64,000 nucleotides of DNA from an uncultured virus (IMG/VR IMGVR_UViG_3300042351_001072) (IMGVR_UViG_3300042351_001072), one strand, 5' to 3'; shown: positions 20,071-30,163, numbered from the stretch's first letter. Translations and numbers: made by a program. The notes: generated from the letters alone by a model not told the origin.

Positions 20071-20524
20071 CTAATTTTCTTTTTTTTCTTCCCTGACAAT
20101 ATGCTTTTTGAGAAAAACCTTTAGGGTTATTACATTTTATTGATTTTTTAAATTTTTGTGACCACTTTTCATCAATCTCATCTTTATACCCATCCCAATC
20201 ATCATCGTCATCATCATCTGATTCAAAACGTGACATAATATAGTCACCGTATTCGTCCTTTATGTATTCAATAATTTCATTCACATCAATATCATCAGGT
20301 AGTTTCATATCCTGTACAACCCAAATAATAATGTTATCCGCAAATTCAAACTCATCATCAAATAAAGTCTCATCTTCCTCAACCTCGTCAATGTTCTTAT
20401 CTATAAGTTCATCAATAAGTGAGGACCTTCTTTTCATAAATAAATCTAATTCATCATCTCCAGATTGTTCACCAACAATACCCCTTAATAGTTTGGACTG
20501 TTCTTCCGTAATTATTATTTTCAT
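20063..20524 (-). CDS. RR family protein with appended basic Cys-pair peptide
   Basis: MKIIITEEQ; C-terminal IDE-KWSQKFKKSIKCNNPKGFSQKAYCQGRKKR. Confidence 0.8.
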   Translation of the reverse strand: MKIIITEEQSKLLRGIVGEQSGDDELDLFMKRRSSLIDELIDKNIDEVEEDETLFDDEFEFADNIIIWVVQDMKLPDDIDVNEIIEYIKDEYGDYIMSRFESDDDDDDDWDGYKDEIDEKWSQKFKKSIKCNNPKGFSQKAYCQGRKKRKLDE

Positions 20525-20560
20525 AATAATAAATATATCGTAAAACAAAAAATCCCCTTA

Positions 20561-21025
20561 TTAAAAGGGGATCATTTTATCAAGTCCTTCAATGACTATT
20601 CCACACTGTTCGTATAATTCGTAGTTCAAGTCGGTTGTGTTCTTTGCCCTCATTGTTACCACCTGATGTTCCTCCTTTGTGATTGCAACGGTGGATCCGT
20701 ACTCAACCAAGAAAACAACAAACTCATCCAACGTCATGTTTTTATTTTCGGACAACTTCTCAAACAATATTTTCATTGCGTGTTTTCGTTGGATGAAATG
20801 GTCGTGTACGGGTTTACCCCCATTAATCACACCATTTGATTCCAATCCCGTTCTGAAATAAGAAATGTTTGTTAAATCAAATAATGGATTTCTGTTCAAT
20901 GAGAAAAAATTATCCAAATCAGTAGGGTCATTCTTAATAGATTCGTAGAGATCAATCTGACATTTGAAAATATTCAATGTCATATCAATCTTTTTAATCT
21001 GAGCATCCTTAAGTCTAACTTTCAT
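20561..21025 (-). CDS. Hypothetical protein
   Basis: Clean ORF; HDHF..EEH possible metal site. Confidence 0.7.
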   Translation of the reverse strand: MKVRLKDAQIKKIDMTLNIFKCQIDLYESIKNDPTDLDNFFSLNRNPLFDLTNISYFRTGLESNGVINGGKPVHDHFIQRKHAMKILFEKLSENKNMTLDEFVVFLVEYGSTVAITKEEHQVVTMRAKNTTDLNYELYEQCGIVIEGLDKMIPF

Positions 21026-21042
21026 CTTCTTACTTTTTAAAT

Positions 21043-21219
21043 TTATGATTTACCTTTCCATTCTTTCCAAGTGTCAAAATCTTTGAGATTTTCCATTTGT
21101 TTTTCCATCCATTTAGCACCTGCAATAAAATCTAATTTAGTTGAATCCTCAGGAATAGTTCCATTCCAATCTTCAACATACTTTTCAGCAGCCTCTTCAA
21201 GTGTTTCTTTATTCACCAT
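21043..21219 (-). CDS. Small phage protein (ETLEEAAE..FIAGAKW motif)
   Basis: Motif typical of small Bacteroidota-phage proteins; start likely MVNKET. Confidence 0.7.
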   Translation of the reverse strand: MVNKETLEEAAEKYVEDWNGTIPEDSTKLDFIAGAKWMEKQMENLKDFDTWKEWKGKS

Positions 21220-21730
21220 CTTCTTCAGTATTAATTGTGTAATTTTTTGGTTCAACAAAATTCATATCAAAGTTTTCCAACTCCAATATCATTTCATCAA
21301 CATTCTCACGAGAATAGATCGGAGAAAATCTTGGTCTATATTTGAAATCTACATTATCACGTTCTTCCCAGTCAATAAGTTCTTTCTCAAGTTGGGGAAT
21401 AGAATTCTTAAGGTAAGTATATTTCTTCCATTTGTTAAGGTCATCCTCGGATGGAATAAACATAAGAACCCCATAGTTATGGATGTTAGACAAATCAGGG
21501 TTGTTGGAATAGACATTAACGATTCCTTCGTCACCATCATATCGGTTACACAACTCCTGAAGGGTGTGAGTATTGTAGATGTCCCTCTCCTTCCAACTAC
21601 GACCATAAGATCGTACCTCACAGATATAGAAATATCCGTCTTCAAAATCGTGAATTATATTTGCAGCTTTAGACTGAACTTCAATAAGTTCTTCAATACT
21701 AAGGTTCTTTAAAAAATTATCTATTCTCAT
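21209..21730 (-). CDS. Hypothetical protein (host-type promoter)
   Basis: TATATTTG at 21735-21742, 4 nt before ATG. Confidence 0.75.
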   Translation of the reverse strand: MRIDNFLKNLSIEELIEVQSKAANIIHDFEDGYFYICEVRSYGRSWKERDIYNTHTLQELCNRYDGDEGIVNVYSNNPDLSNIHNYGVLMFIPSEDDLNKWKKYTYLKNSIPQLEKELIDWEERDNVDFKYRPRFSPIYSRENVDEMILELENFDMNFVEPKNYTINTEEDGE

Positions 21731-21745
21731 ACCGCAAATATATAA

Positions 21746-22021
21746 CTAAAAATTGGATTTATCCAAATTATCTTTCTTTAAGTGAACGTCGGAAAATGAT
21801 TCAACATTAATGAACTCAGATTCCAGATAACTAATAACACCTCTAAGGGCTTCTGCTTGCAATTTAGGGGTCTCTTTTCCACGAATAGATAGCGCGACAC
21901 CTCCACATAGGACGGACAGTATTTCATCCATATTCATACCCTTCTGAGCTGATATGTCATAAAAAAATTTGTTGTCTTTTAATGTTACTTCCACGGCAAC
22001 GATTAATTTATTTTCTTCCAT
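21746..22021 (-). CDS. Hypothetical protein
   Basis: Clean ORF. Confidence 0.7.
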   Translation of the reverse strand: MEENKLIVAVEVTLKDNKFFYDISAQKGMNMDEILSVLCGGVALSIRGKETPKLQAEALRGVISYLESEFINVESFSDVHLKKDNLDKSNF

Positions 22022-22081
22022 GAATTAATAATAAGAAAAAAATATGAAATAAAAAACCCCACTGATGAGGTGGGGTTGAAA

Positions 22082-22369
22082 TTAATCTTTATGTTTATTC
22101 CAAAATCTTATCATACTCTGTAAATAATTTTGAGTAACAAAATCCTCAAACTTATAGACTTCCCTAAGTTCAACGTCCCCATATAAATCCATATTATGAA
22201 CATCCCAAAAATAATTAGATAATGTCTCATTAATTACGTTTACTTCAAAGTCTCTGAACATTGAATTCTTTTCCTTGACCCATATCGCCATACTATTAAG
22301 AAGTTCTTTCTCAAATAATTCTTTATTGAATCGTCTTTTAAAAAATGTTGGTAGTTCGTTAAAATTCAT
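22082..22369 (-). CDS. RR family protein (LPTFFKRR subtype)
   Basis: FFKRR similar to N-terminus of 55007..55810; TATTTAT upstream. Confidence 0.75.
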   Translation of the reverse strand: MNFNELPTFFKRRFNKELFEKELLNSMAIWVKEKNSMFRDFEVNVINETLSNYFWDVHNMDLYGDVELREVYKFEDFVTQNYLQSMIRFWNKHKD

Positions 22370-22589
22370 ATAACAATAAATATGTATAAAATAAAAAACA
22401 TCACCTGATGAGGTTGGGGATGATTAACGTTTTCCGTAATAATCAAAATAATCTTTTCTATCCTTAAGTACCGTCTTAATTAAGAACGTTATACTTATCA
22501 AGCTTAATAATATCATATACAATATATATGATAAAAATATATGATGTGTAAGATTGTCTGGTTATGAAATTATTAAATAAAATTTATCC

Positions 22590-22925
22590 CTACATACATT
22601 TGTATGTCTCTTGATCATAAAATACTCTTGCTTTATCATAGTATATGTCATACATTATTTCCTTCATATTCATTATGAAAGCTTCAAATTTTCTTGTATC
22701 ATCTTGATTTCTTAAACTTAATAAACCAGGATCATCTGAGATAATTTGATACACAACTCTATCACGAACATCGTCATAATAATCTCTAAAACCATAATAC
22801 TCATTAGACATATAATCACAAGGGTCATATTGATACATTACTTTTTCAATAAGATCATTAACACGACCAAACCTTCTTTTAATTAATAGATCAACAAATT
22901 GTGATTCAGTTATAATAATTTTCAT
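22590..22925 (-). CDS. RR..C..C family protein; tandem paralog of 22956..23294
   Basis: MKIIITESQFVDLLIKRRFGR, YDPCDY. Confidence 0.85.
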   Translation of the reverse strand: MKIIITESQFVDLLIKRRFGRVNDLIEKVMYQYDPCDYMSNEYYGFRDYYDDVRDRVVYQIISDDPGLLSLRNQDDTRKFEAFIMNMKEIMYDIYYDKARVFYDQETYKCM

Positions 22926-22955
22926 ACAACAATAAATATACGGAGAACACCACTT

Positions 22956-23294
22956 TTATTCCTCATCACAACCTTCTTCCAAAGTATTGTCAAAATATTC
23001 TCTAACCTTATCATGAAATATTTCATACATCCATTTATCCGTAGTTTCCGAGAAGTCCTCAATCTTAGACATATGTCTTTCTTCCCAATCTAACTGTAGA
23101 TCTTCGGTAATAATATCGTGAATAACTGCGTTACGAACGTCACCAAAGTAATCATAAAAACCGTAGTATGAGTCATACGTATAATCACAAGGGGGGTAGT
23201 AGTCCATCTTTTCAATAACAAGTTGATCAATACGACCAAATCTTCTTTTAAAGAAAAGATCAACAAATTGTGACTCAGTAATAATGATTTTCAT
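22956..23294 (-). CDS. RR..C..C family protein
   Basis: MKIIITESQFVDLFFKRRFGR, YPPCDY. Confidence 0.85.
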   Translation of the reverse strand: MKIIITESQFVDLFFKRRFGRIDQLVIEKMDYYPPCDYTYDSYYGFYDYFGDVRNAVIHDIITEDLQLDWEERHMSKIEDFSETTDKWMYEIFHDKVREYFDNTLEEGCDEE

Positions 23295-23295
23295 A

Positions 23296-24117
23296 TCAAT
23301 AAATATAATCCAAATCAGTACTCCAATCTATTGATATTTTTTTTAGATTAATATTTTTAACATAACCCTTAAAAACTTTTTTGAACTCCATTATATCCTG
23401 TTCGGTATTATCCAAATTTTTCATCTTCGCACTTAATCCTGTTGCCATATAAGCTTGTGTCTCATCCTCAAATACGTTATCACCATATCCATATCCTTTG
23501 AGGATATCTATTATTTGTTCTTTAAGTGAAGGATCCATCTTTTCCAACCTTTCTTTCATCCTTGATTTATATTCAGGATCAGAAAACCATAAACCGTGAG
23601 CAATCTCGTGATAAATTAATGATGGGTCCTCATTATTAGACTGATCAATTCCAATCAAATAATACTTGTTAGAACCAACTATTTCTTTGATGGTGTCAAC
23701 AACACTAAACATAATCATATCATATATGTTTAAATCAGGTATCTTCGTTTTACAAGCTTCAATAGTATCACAGGGTACGTTGTACCCAGCAAAATCCTCA
23801 TGATATGAGAAATAATCTTTTTTTGTTTTTTCTTTATAGAAATTAATATAATCTTCCCATTTAAATCCTTTTCCCCTGAAAGTGTCAGAGTCAGATTCAT
23901 AGAACTCCTGATACCTTAAAAAAACTCTTGCCCTTAATTTATCATCCTTAATAACCATGGCAAATATGTTCGGGTAAACTTCATATAATTCTATTTGATT
24001 AAGAATCTCTTTGATGTTATGTGGTGGTTTAGATGGTGGTAATTCATCATTTTCACTAAGCACCCTTTTTACAATTTTAGCCAAATCCGATTCCGTTAAC
24101 CTAATTACCTTTTTCAT
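23296..24117 (-). CDS. Leader-bearing zincin-like (HExxH) protein
   Basis: MKKVIRLTESDL leader; HEIAHG and downstream EDETQAY. Confidence 0.7.
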   Translation of the reverse strand: MKKVIRLTESDLAKIVKRVLSENDELPPSKPPHNIKEILNQIELYEVYPNIFAMVIKDDKLRARVFLRYQEFYESDSDTFRGKGFKWEDYINFYKEKTKKDYFSYHEDFAGYNVPCDTIEACKTKIPDLNIYDMIMFSVVDTIKEIVGSNKYYLIGIDQSNNEDPSLIYHEIAHGLWFSDPEYKSRMKERLEKMDPSLKEQIIDILKGYGYGDNVFEDETQAYMATGLSAKMKNLDNTEQDIMEFKKVFKGYVKNINLKKISIDWSTDLDYIY

Positions 24118-24139
24118 AATAGTATAAATATATCAAGAA

Positions 24140-24264
24140 ATAAAAAACCGACCACCTTTTCTGAGAGATCAACTAAAGTAAATCACTTAAACAAATTAAA
24201 AAAACCCGAAGGGTTCGGTCGGTCAGAAAAAACCGACGAAGTCGGGACGGGGTACCGGCCCCCA
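24140..24264. other. GC-rich intergenic hairpin cluster with two c-GAA-g triloop stems
   Basis: AACCC-GAA-GGGTT, CCGAC-GAA-GTCGG, GGGG-TACCGG-CCCC. Confidence 0.6.
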
Positions 24265-24280
24265 TTAAAAAGGAAGAAAA

Positions 24281-24571
24281 TTAACATATTTCTTCAAAAG
24301 AATCGTAGTGTTCCCTGATCCTACCATCAAACATAGGTATTAAAACATTATCTCTAAAGTCATCAACCTCGTCAATTGTTTTAAACACATTATTCAGTTG
24401 TTCACGTGTAAGAATCATACCAAGGGTTTCATTAATAACGACTCTTCTATATTGTTTATAATGAACATATTCACAAGGGTCATTAAATGGTAATAGTTCC
24501 TCAAGATAAGTCCCAAAAAGATCCATCCTTCTCAATAGACTATTTTGTGACTCAGTGATTATAATTTTCAT
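24281..24571 (-). CDS. RR..C..C family protein
   Basis: MKIIITESQ; LRRM, DPCEY, terminal C. Confidence 0.82.
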   Translation of the reverse strand: MKIIITESQNSLLRRMDLFGTYLEELLPFNDPCEYVHYKQYRRVVINETLGMILTREQLNNVFKTIDEVDDFRDNVLIPMFDGRIREHYDSFEEIC

Positions 24572-24638
24572 ATCAATAAATATTATGTAAAACAAAAAAC
24601 CCCACCGAGAGGTAGGGTTTAAAATTTTTGTTTTAAGA

Positions 24639-24992
24639 TTACTTGGCGTATGTTCTCAAACAATGTGCTGACCAAGCGGCAACCCCCAAGAAGATAGGTA
24701 CAAATATCCCAGCTCCTCCGAACATCGCGATATGAACGGCAACTGCCCCTGACATAACAGAAGACAATACCAACGCCCCATAAACTGATGTTCTTGGTAT
24801 GCAAAGTGCAATAACTCCCGCCACTTCCATCACACCAACAAGTGCCATATACGGTACCATGTTCATTGCGGTGAAGTTTGTTGTCATTGACTCCGAACCA
24901 GCGATTTTTGACAATCCCCCCATTCCAAGCATAAAGGTAACGATTGCGGTTAACAACCATCCCAAATTTTTAAGTGTTATATATTTTCTCAT
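24639..24992 (-). CDS. DoxX-family membrane protein
   Basis: Four TM helices, GLSK, GVMEVAG, GAVAVH. Confidence 0.82.
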   Translation of the reverse strand: MRKYITLKNLGWLLTAIVTFMLGMGGLSKIAGSESMTTNFTAMNMVPYMALVGVMEVAGVIALCIPRTSVYGALVLSSVMSGAVAVHIAMFGGAGIFVPIFLGVAAWSAHCLRTYAK

Positions 24993-25061
24993 ATTTCAAG
25001 TATAAAATATTAATTTTATATAGTCAACAAAAAACCCCACTATATCGTGGGGTTTAATAAA

Positions 25062-25388
25062 TTATTTTGTTGATTTAATACCACTACCAAGATCCCTTAA
25101 AGACACTAACTCTTCACCAGATGTTATTTTTTTTATTTCAGCCTTAATGTACTTATCAACAACCTTAGCTCCGGCACTTAAACGAGCTTTAGGTTTTTTA
25201 CCATCACGTAAAAATTCATAGTATACCCTAAGTTCTCTAACCGCCTCAATATCTCCACCACTCTTATTAACCCCACTATTAGATAGGTTTACCAAGTACC
25301 CAATATATACACTATACACATCCTTATCTGAAAGTTGTTCATTAAGAATTAATTTTCTATACTGTTTTTCTGTAATTATTATTTTCAT
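25062..25388 (-). CDS. Leader-bearing protein; recent paralog of 27826..28149
   Basis: MKIIITEKQYRKLILNEQ..YYEFLRDGKKPK. Confidence 0.82.
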   Translation of the reverse strand: MKIIITEKQYRKLILNEQLSDKDVYSVYIGYLVNLSNSGVNKSGGDIEAVRELRVYYEFLRDGKKPKARLSAGAKVVDKYIKAEIKKITSGEELVSLRDLGSGIKSTK

Positions 25389-25401
25389 ACCAATAAATAT
25401 T

Positions 25402-25773
25402 TTATATTTCTTTTACAAACCTTAACATGAACTTACCTTTCTCCTTATCAAATGGTTCACCACTAAGTCTAAAATTCTTATACTTAATAAAAGCGGGGAA
25501 TATGGGGAACTTCCATCCCTCAGACTCAATGTGAAACGCATTTATGCCAACTTTTATATTATCCATAAAATCGTCGTAAGACATAACACTACCAGGAACC
25601 AACCCCAAGTTCTTTCTAAAGTCATAGGGGATGTTCTTAGGTATCTGAATACTTTTAGGATTACTATCACCTAAATTTCTCAAAATAGGAAGAGTAGTTG
25701 TGGTCGTTGTATTATTTAACTGTTCGTTAAGAACCAATTCAGAGAACTGATCTTTAGTGATGATAATCTTCAT
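25402..25773 (-). CDS. Leader-bearing hypothetical protein
   Basis: MKIIITKDQFSELVLNEQ. Confidence 0.78.
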   Translation of the reverse strand: MKIIITKDQFSELVLNEQLNNTTTTTTLPILRNLGDSNPKSIQIPKNIPYDFRKNLGLVPGSVMSYDDFMDNIKVGINAFHIESEGWKFPIFPAFIKYKNFRLSGEPFDKEKGKFMLRFVKEI

Positions 25774-25848
25774 AACAATAAATATATCTGAAAACAAAAA
25801 ACCCCACTATGTCGTGGGGTTTTAATATGTTTTATTGTGATAAAATTA

Positions 25849-26160
25849 TCAGATGGCAACCATTCTACCGTCAAGTCTAATTTTATATTGCTCTCCGTTT
25901 TGGTCTGTTATCATAATACTATCCATATACTTTTTTACTGTACCACAAGCTATAGATCTAATCGGAGGTGATTTTAAAGTAATTTCTTCACCAACAGGGT
26001 TTTCGTTATCGTCCATAAACTCAATTCTATTTCCATAATAACACGCCCATGTTGCACCTTGTGGAACTACAATTTGTTCATTTAATAATCTGCTCTCACT
26101 TATAACTCTCTTAACTAATCTTGTTAAGTCTCTTTCTGTTAATCTTACTACTTTTCTCAT
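25849..26160 (-). CDS. Leader-bearing hypothetical protein
   Basis: MRKVVRLTERDLTRLVKRVISE..LLNEQ. Confidence 0.8.
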   Translation of the reverse strand: MRKVVRLTERDLTRLVKRVISESRLLNEQIVVPQGATWACYYGNRIEFMDDNENPVGEEITLKSPPIRSIACGTVKKYMDSIMITDQNGEQYKIRLDGRMVAI

Positions 26161-26240
26161 AATTTTTTTATTTATTAATAAATATCACACATAATAAAAA
26201 AAACCCACTAAATGGTGGGGTTTTAATTTTTAATTCTTAG

Positions 26241-26918
26241 TTAGTGTTTCTTCTTATATAATTCATGTGTTGGAATCGGAGTTCCAACAGGATAAGGGAA
26301 CCCCAACTTAGCTGCAGTAACCGAGGTCTGTCCATTCTTTACTGGAACGGCTTTACGTAATGGAATTGCTGCTTCATTAAGTGGACCATATACTTTGGCC
26401 AACACAATACCCGAAGATGTTGTATCAAAGATGGTACCTGGCATCGCAAACATATTACTCTCACTTGTACTTGGTGAATCCAAGTTAATAACAAATGATC
26501 TATTAATAGGTGTCATATATTCCCACTCCTCAGTTGTAGGGTTAAACTGTGGAACAACGGTTGTAGAATCGTAATACCAAAATAAAGACCATACAGAATT
26601 ATTGGTTCCATCAGGAGTTTGGAAATTGTTCTCCACATTAAATGTTCCCCACGTACCGCTAACACCTCTCATTGCCAAATTGGAAATTGATGGTCCCTCT
26701 AATACAGGACAAATGGCACAACCTTCATCATACTCAACACCTTGGACGATAATTTTTCTTCCTGTAGGTACCGCGGACGATGCTCCACAAAATGCAAATG
26801 ATCCCTGATGAATCTGTAACACCTTCTCATCACTAACCTCTTCCGAGGTGTCAGGTTTTGTAACGCAACCAACCAACATGGAGGTGGCGACAATAAATAA
26901 TAATAATAATTTTTTCAT
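26241..26918 (-). CDS. Lipoprotein
   Basis: Signal peptide with LVGC lipobox. Confidence 0.75.
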   Translation of the reverse strand: MKKLLLLFIVATSMLVGCVTKPDTSEEVSDEKVLQIHQGSFAFCGASSAVPTGRKIIVQGVEYDEGCAICPVLEGPSISNLAMRGVSGTWGTFNVENNFQTPDGTNNSVWSLFWYYDSTTVVPQFNPTTEEWEYMTPINRSFVINLDSPSTSESNMFAMPGTIFDTTSSGIVLAKVYGPLNEAAIPLRKAVPVKNGQTSVTAAKLGFPYPVGTPIPTHELYKKKH

Positions 26919-26990
26919 AAGTTTTTTATTTTAAATATAGTAATATAATTGAAAAAGAAAACCCCACAATTTCGTGGGGTTTAATATATT

Positions 26991-27479
26991 TTAAAAACTT
27001 GGTAACCTTTGTGCCGTTTTATTTGGTTGAACCACATTTTGTAATGGTTTATTACCCTGTGGTTGAACCACGTTTTGTACGGGTTGGTTATTCTGTGGTT
27101 GTCCCGGAGTTGTTTTACAATAAGTTGATTCAATCCAATTAGTTGTCTCAGTATCTAATGTATATTTTTCACCTGATTTACAATATATGTTTTCACACAT
27201 AATTCCCCCTCCTCCACAAATGTAGGTCTTACTATGAAAATACTTATCACCATCTATTTGATAACTAATATTAAAAGAAGGTGCATTGTTTTCCCTTTCA
27301 AGTTCAATGTTTTTAAACTTTAGTAGATTTATATATTTAGTTACCTTACTACGATCGTTATTGTAAATAGGTACCTTTTTAATGACGGTTTCTTCGGTGA
27401 TCAAAGATGCATCTCTTCTATTCTCAAGAAGAATATTAGATTCTCTAATATGTCTGATTTTACTGTAACTTCTATTCAT
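26991..27479 (-). CDS. Leader-bearing protein (SYSKIRHIRESN class)
   Basis: Start reassigned to MNRSYSKIRHIRESNILLE; leader nearly identical in DNA to that of 27481..27819. Confidence 0.8.
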   Translation of the reverse strand: MNRSYSKIRHIRESNILLENRRDASLITEETVIKKVPIYNNDRSKVTKYINLLKFKNIELERENNAPSFNISYQIDGDKYFHSKTYICGGGGIMCENIYCKSGEKYTLDTETTNWIESTYCKTTPGQPQNNQPVQNVVQPQGNKPLQNVVQPNKTAQRLPSF

Positions 27480-27480
27480 A

Positions 27481-27819
27481 TTAATAATTCTTATATAAGT
27501 ATTTCTTGCCGTTATATACGGTGATCTCCAAATCATCTTTCTTATTAATCTCAGGTCCAAGACAATCCATGATCTTATATTCACCCGCAGTGTCCTGTGG
27601 TTCAGATGAGAAATAATACAACTGTTTATCTCCAACCTTGGTTCCCATCATTAACTTACCCTTAGACTCAGGGGTTAACTCGGTCTCATCACCACCACAA
27701 CTTACCCACAAAAGTTGTGGTTCGTTAATCGCCTCGGTCATCAATGATCTGTTTCTTCTACTCTCAAGAAGAATATTAGATTCTCTAATGTGTCTAATCT
27801 TACTGTAACTTGTATTCAT
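27481..27819 (-). CDS. Leader-bearing protein (SYSKIRHIRESN class)
   Basis: MNTSYSKIRHIRESNILLESRR..LMTE. Confidence 0.8.
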   Translation of the reverse strand: MNTSYSKIRHIRESNILLESRRNRSLMTEAINEPQLLWVSCGGDETELTPESKGKLMMGTKVGDKQLYYFSSEPQDTAGEYKIMDCLGPEINKKDDLEITVYNGKKYLYKNY

Positions 27820-27825
27820 AATATT

Positions 27826-28149
27826 TTATTTTATTGATTTATAATTTTTACCCTTATATTGTAAAGACATTAATTCCTCACCAGATATTTTCTTTATTTC
27901 ACGTTTAACATAATCATCAACAAACTTAGCAGATTTACTCAAACTATGTTTAGGTTTTTTACCATCACGTAAAAATTCGTAATACACCTTAAGCTCCCTA
28001 ACCGCCTCCATATCTTTCGGACCCTTATAAACACCACTATTAGATAGGTTAATCAAGTACCCAAGTAATATACTATAAGTGTCCTTATCTGAAACTTGTT
28101 CATTAAGAATTAATTTTCTATACTGTGATTCAGTTATAATAATTTTCAT
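27826..28149 (-). CDS. Leader-bearing protein; paralog of 25062..25388
   Basis: Extensive identity with 25062..25388. Confidence 0.82.
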   Translation of the reverse strand: MKIIITESQYRKLILNEQVSDKDTYSILLGYLINLSNSGVYKGPKDMEAVRELKVYYEFLRDGKKPKHSLSKSAKFVDDYVKREIKKISGEELMSLQYKGKNYKSIK

Positions 28150-28214
28150 ATTAATAAATACCCCAATATATACAAAATTTTTCCAGAAATTTTTTTTTAG
28201 ATAAGAGGATAAAA

Positions 28215-28514
28215 TTAGTCATCACACTCATTAATCCAAAAATCATAATGAGACATTATCATTCTACCAAACTTCCTCTCAATAAAATTATATATGTATT
28301 CAACACCCTCATCACTTAGATTAAACAAAGGTTCATACGAATTGATAAACGTATGTGTTGCCCCATAAACTATGGCGTAAAGAAATTCACTCCCACGACC
28401 AATATAACTACAGGGGTCGTCGTAATCAAAACCCTCATCAACAATCTCACCAAGGTGTTTCATTGTATAAGGATCATTAACCCTCCTGACAAACCATACC
28501 AATTTATTATCCAT
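28215..28514 (-). CDS. RR..C..C family protein without leader
   Basis: MDNKLVWFVRRVND..EGFDYDDPCSY; closest to 19316..19681. Confidence 0.8.
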   Translation of the reverse strand: MDNKLVWFVRRVNDPYTMKHLGEIVDEGFDYDDPCSYIGRGSEFLYAIVYGATHTFINSYEPLFNLSDEGVEYIYNFIERKFGRMIMSHYDFWINECDD

Positions 28515-28620
28515 ATAACAATAAATATACAACAAAATAAAAAACCCCATTTAGAAATGGGGTTTAACAAACTCGGGCCCAACAAGCCAATATTTCAGGA
28601 AGGGCCCTTTTTAAAGTTAG

Positions 28621-29118
28621 TTATTTAGATAAAAAATCAATTAACATATTCTTCTGTTTATCAGATATGGTAAGTCCTCCCATAGTCTTAGTCGGAGTGT
28701 AACTTAAAGTTAATTTACCCCCTTTACGGTGGAACCTTACATTATCGGTTAAATACATTTCATTTTCATTACCATCACCAAATCTTTTTTGTTTTGGTGA
28801 ATCACCCATATCATCCTCATCATAATCTTCTTCTTCACCAGAAATAGCATAATTCAATTCATCCAAAACAACGTCTACAGGAATCTCTTCATCATCCTGA
28901 TTATAGAATACACCATCGGAATAACTAACAAGAGGTGTCCCCTCCTCAACCTCATCATTATAGGCATTCATAATATCTTCAGGGGATGCAGAACTACCAA
29001 GTACGTATTTAGCCCCACTATATTCCCCTGAAATACGAATCATATCTTTTTTCTCATTTATTAATCGTTTAACAATACGAGTCAAATCAGACTCAGTCAA
29101 TCTTATAACTTTTTTCAT
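28621..29118 (-). CDS. Leader-bearing acidic protein
   Basis: MKKVIRLTESDLTRIVKRLINE. Confidence 0.8.
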   Translation of the reverse strand: MKKVIRLTESDLTRIVKRLINEKKDMIRISGEYSGAKYVLGSSASPEDIMNAYNDEVEEGTPLVSYSDGVFYNQDDEEIPVDVVLDELNYAISGEEEDYDEDDMGDSPKQKRFGDGNENEMYLTDNVRFHRKGGKLTLSYTPTKTMGGLTISDKQKNMLIDFLSK

Positions 29119-29191
29119 AATTTTAATTTAATAATAAATATATCAATAAATAAAAAACCCCCATAATAATACGGGGGTAGTTTAAAAAAAT

Positions 29192-29539
29192 TTATAGGTA
29201 TTTGTGATATCTATGATCCAATCTCCTAAGGATAAACCCTTTTAAACTTTTTGGTATATCCCCAAAAGGTATAGAATAATATTCTTTTACATCGTTAGGT
29301 ATTTCCTCGGACTCACCATATGAAATCAATCCGTGTTGAAACTCATCTGTATATAGTTGAATCAATATTTCCTTAGTATCAAAATGTATCTCAACAACAT
29401 AAGCCTCATCACTACCGTTATATAATTCAATCCCCAATTCATTAACCACTCCATCAGGTACTTTAAGCCAAAGAGGTTCCGTCTCAGTTAAAGATTCCAT
29501 CAATACACCCCTAACTATTTTTCTTAACTTATTACCCAT
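29192..29539 (-). CDS. Leader-bearing hypothetical protein
   Basis: MGNKLRKIVRGVLMESLTE. Confidence 0.75.
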   Translation of the reverse strand: MGNKLRKIVRGVLMESLTETEPLWLKVPDGVVNELGIELYNGSDEAYVVEIHFDTKEILIQLYTDEFQHGLISYGESEEIPNDVKEYYSIPFGDIPKSLKGFILRRLDHRYHKYL

Positions 29540-29871
29540 TATATACAACCTCTTGTTCTCTCTTTATAGAAGTTCCTAATCTTATCACCATGTTCATCCA
29601 TTAACATATTAATAAATCTCTCATAACCAATGTCGTCATGTATAAAATCAATCGTATCATAAATATGATAGTTGGGATGTTCATATTGTTCACCAATCTC
29701 ATAAACAATACCCTCAACAAATCTTCTTAACGTGGGATAATTAACACAGAAGTCAACACCCTCATAAAAACCAACATCGTCAATCATATACTCCGCCTCA
29801 TACATAATATCTCTTATCCTTCTAAGATAAGATAATTTCTTATTTTGATTCTCAGTAATAATAATCTTCAT
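29539..29871 (-). CDS. RR..C..C family protein
   Basis: MKIIITENQ; LRRI, DFC, RGC. Confidence 0.82.
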   Translation of the reverse strand: MKIIITENQNKKLSYLRRIRDIMYEAEYMIDDVGFYEGVDFCVNYPTLRRFVEGIVYEIGEQYEHPNYHIYDTIDFIHDDIGYERFINMLMDEHGDKIRNFYKERTRGCI

Positions 29872-29884
29872 AACAATAAATATA

Positions 29885-30163
29885 TTAACATTTACGTTCG
29901 TAGTATAATTCGGTTAACTCAACATAAAACATTTTCTTTAGTTCAGACATAATCCCATCATAATCAAAAGTGTTAATCAAATAATATACAGGATGAAGTT
30001 CACCCATCATTATTAATACAAATTTTCTTTCATAATCAACAAAAGAAGTAAACTTACAAGGATTAACATAACTAACCGCCTCATCAAAACTATCCTTGAC
30101 CAAATCGTATCTTCGTAGTAACCATATTTTATTATATTGTGACTCAGTAATAATAATCTTCAT
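29885..30163 (-). CDS. RR..C..C family protein
   Basis: MKIIITESQ; LRRY, NPC, terminal C. Confidence 0.82.
   Translation of the reverse strand: MKIIITESQYNKIWLLRRYDLVKDSFDEAVSYVNPCKFTSFVDYERKFVLIMMGELHPVYYLINTFDYDGIMSELKKMFYVELTELYYERKC

Noticed and set aside
25062..28149. Diversity-generating retroelement template/variable pair
   Set aside because: Both copies are intact ORFs, differences are not adenine-restricted, and no reverse transcriptase is in the window
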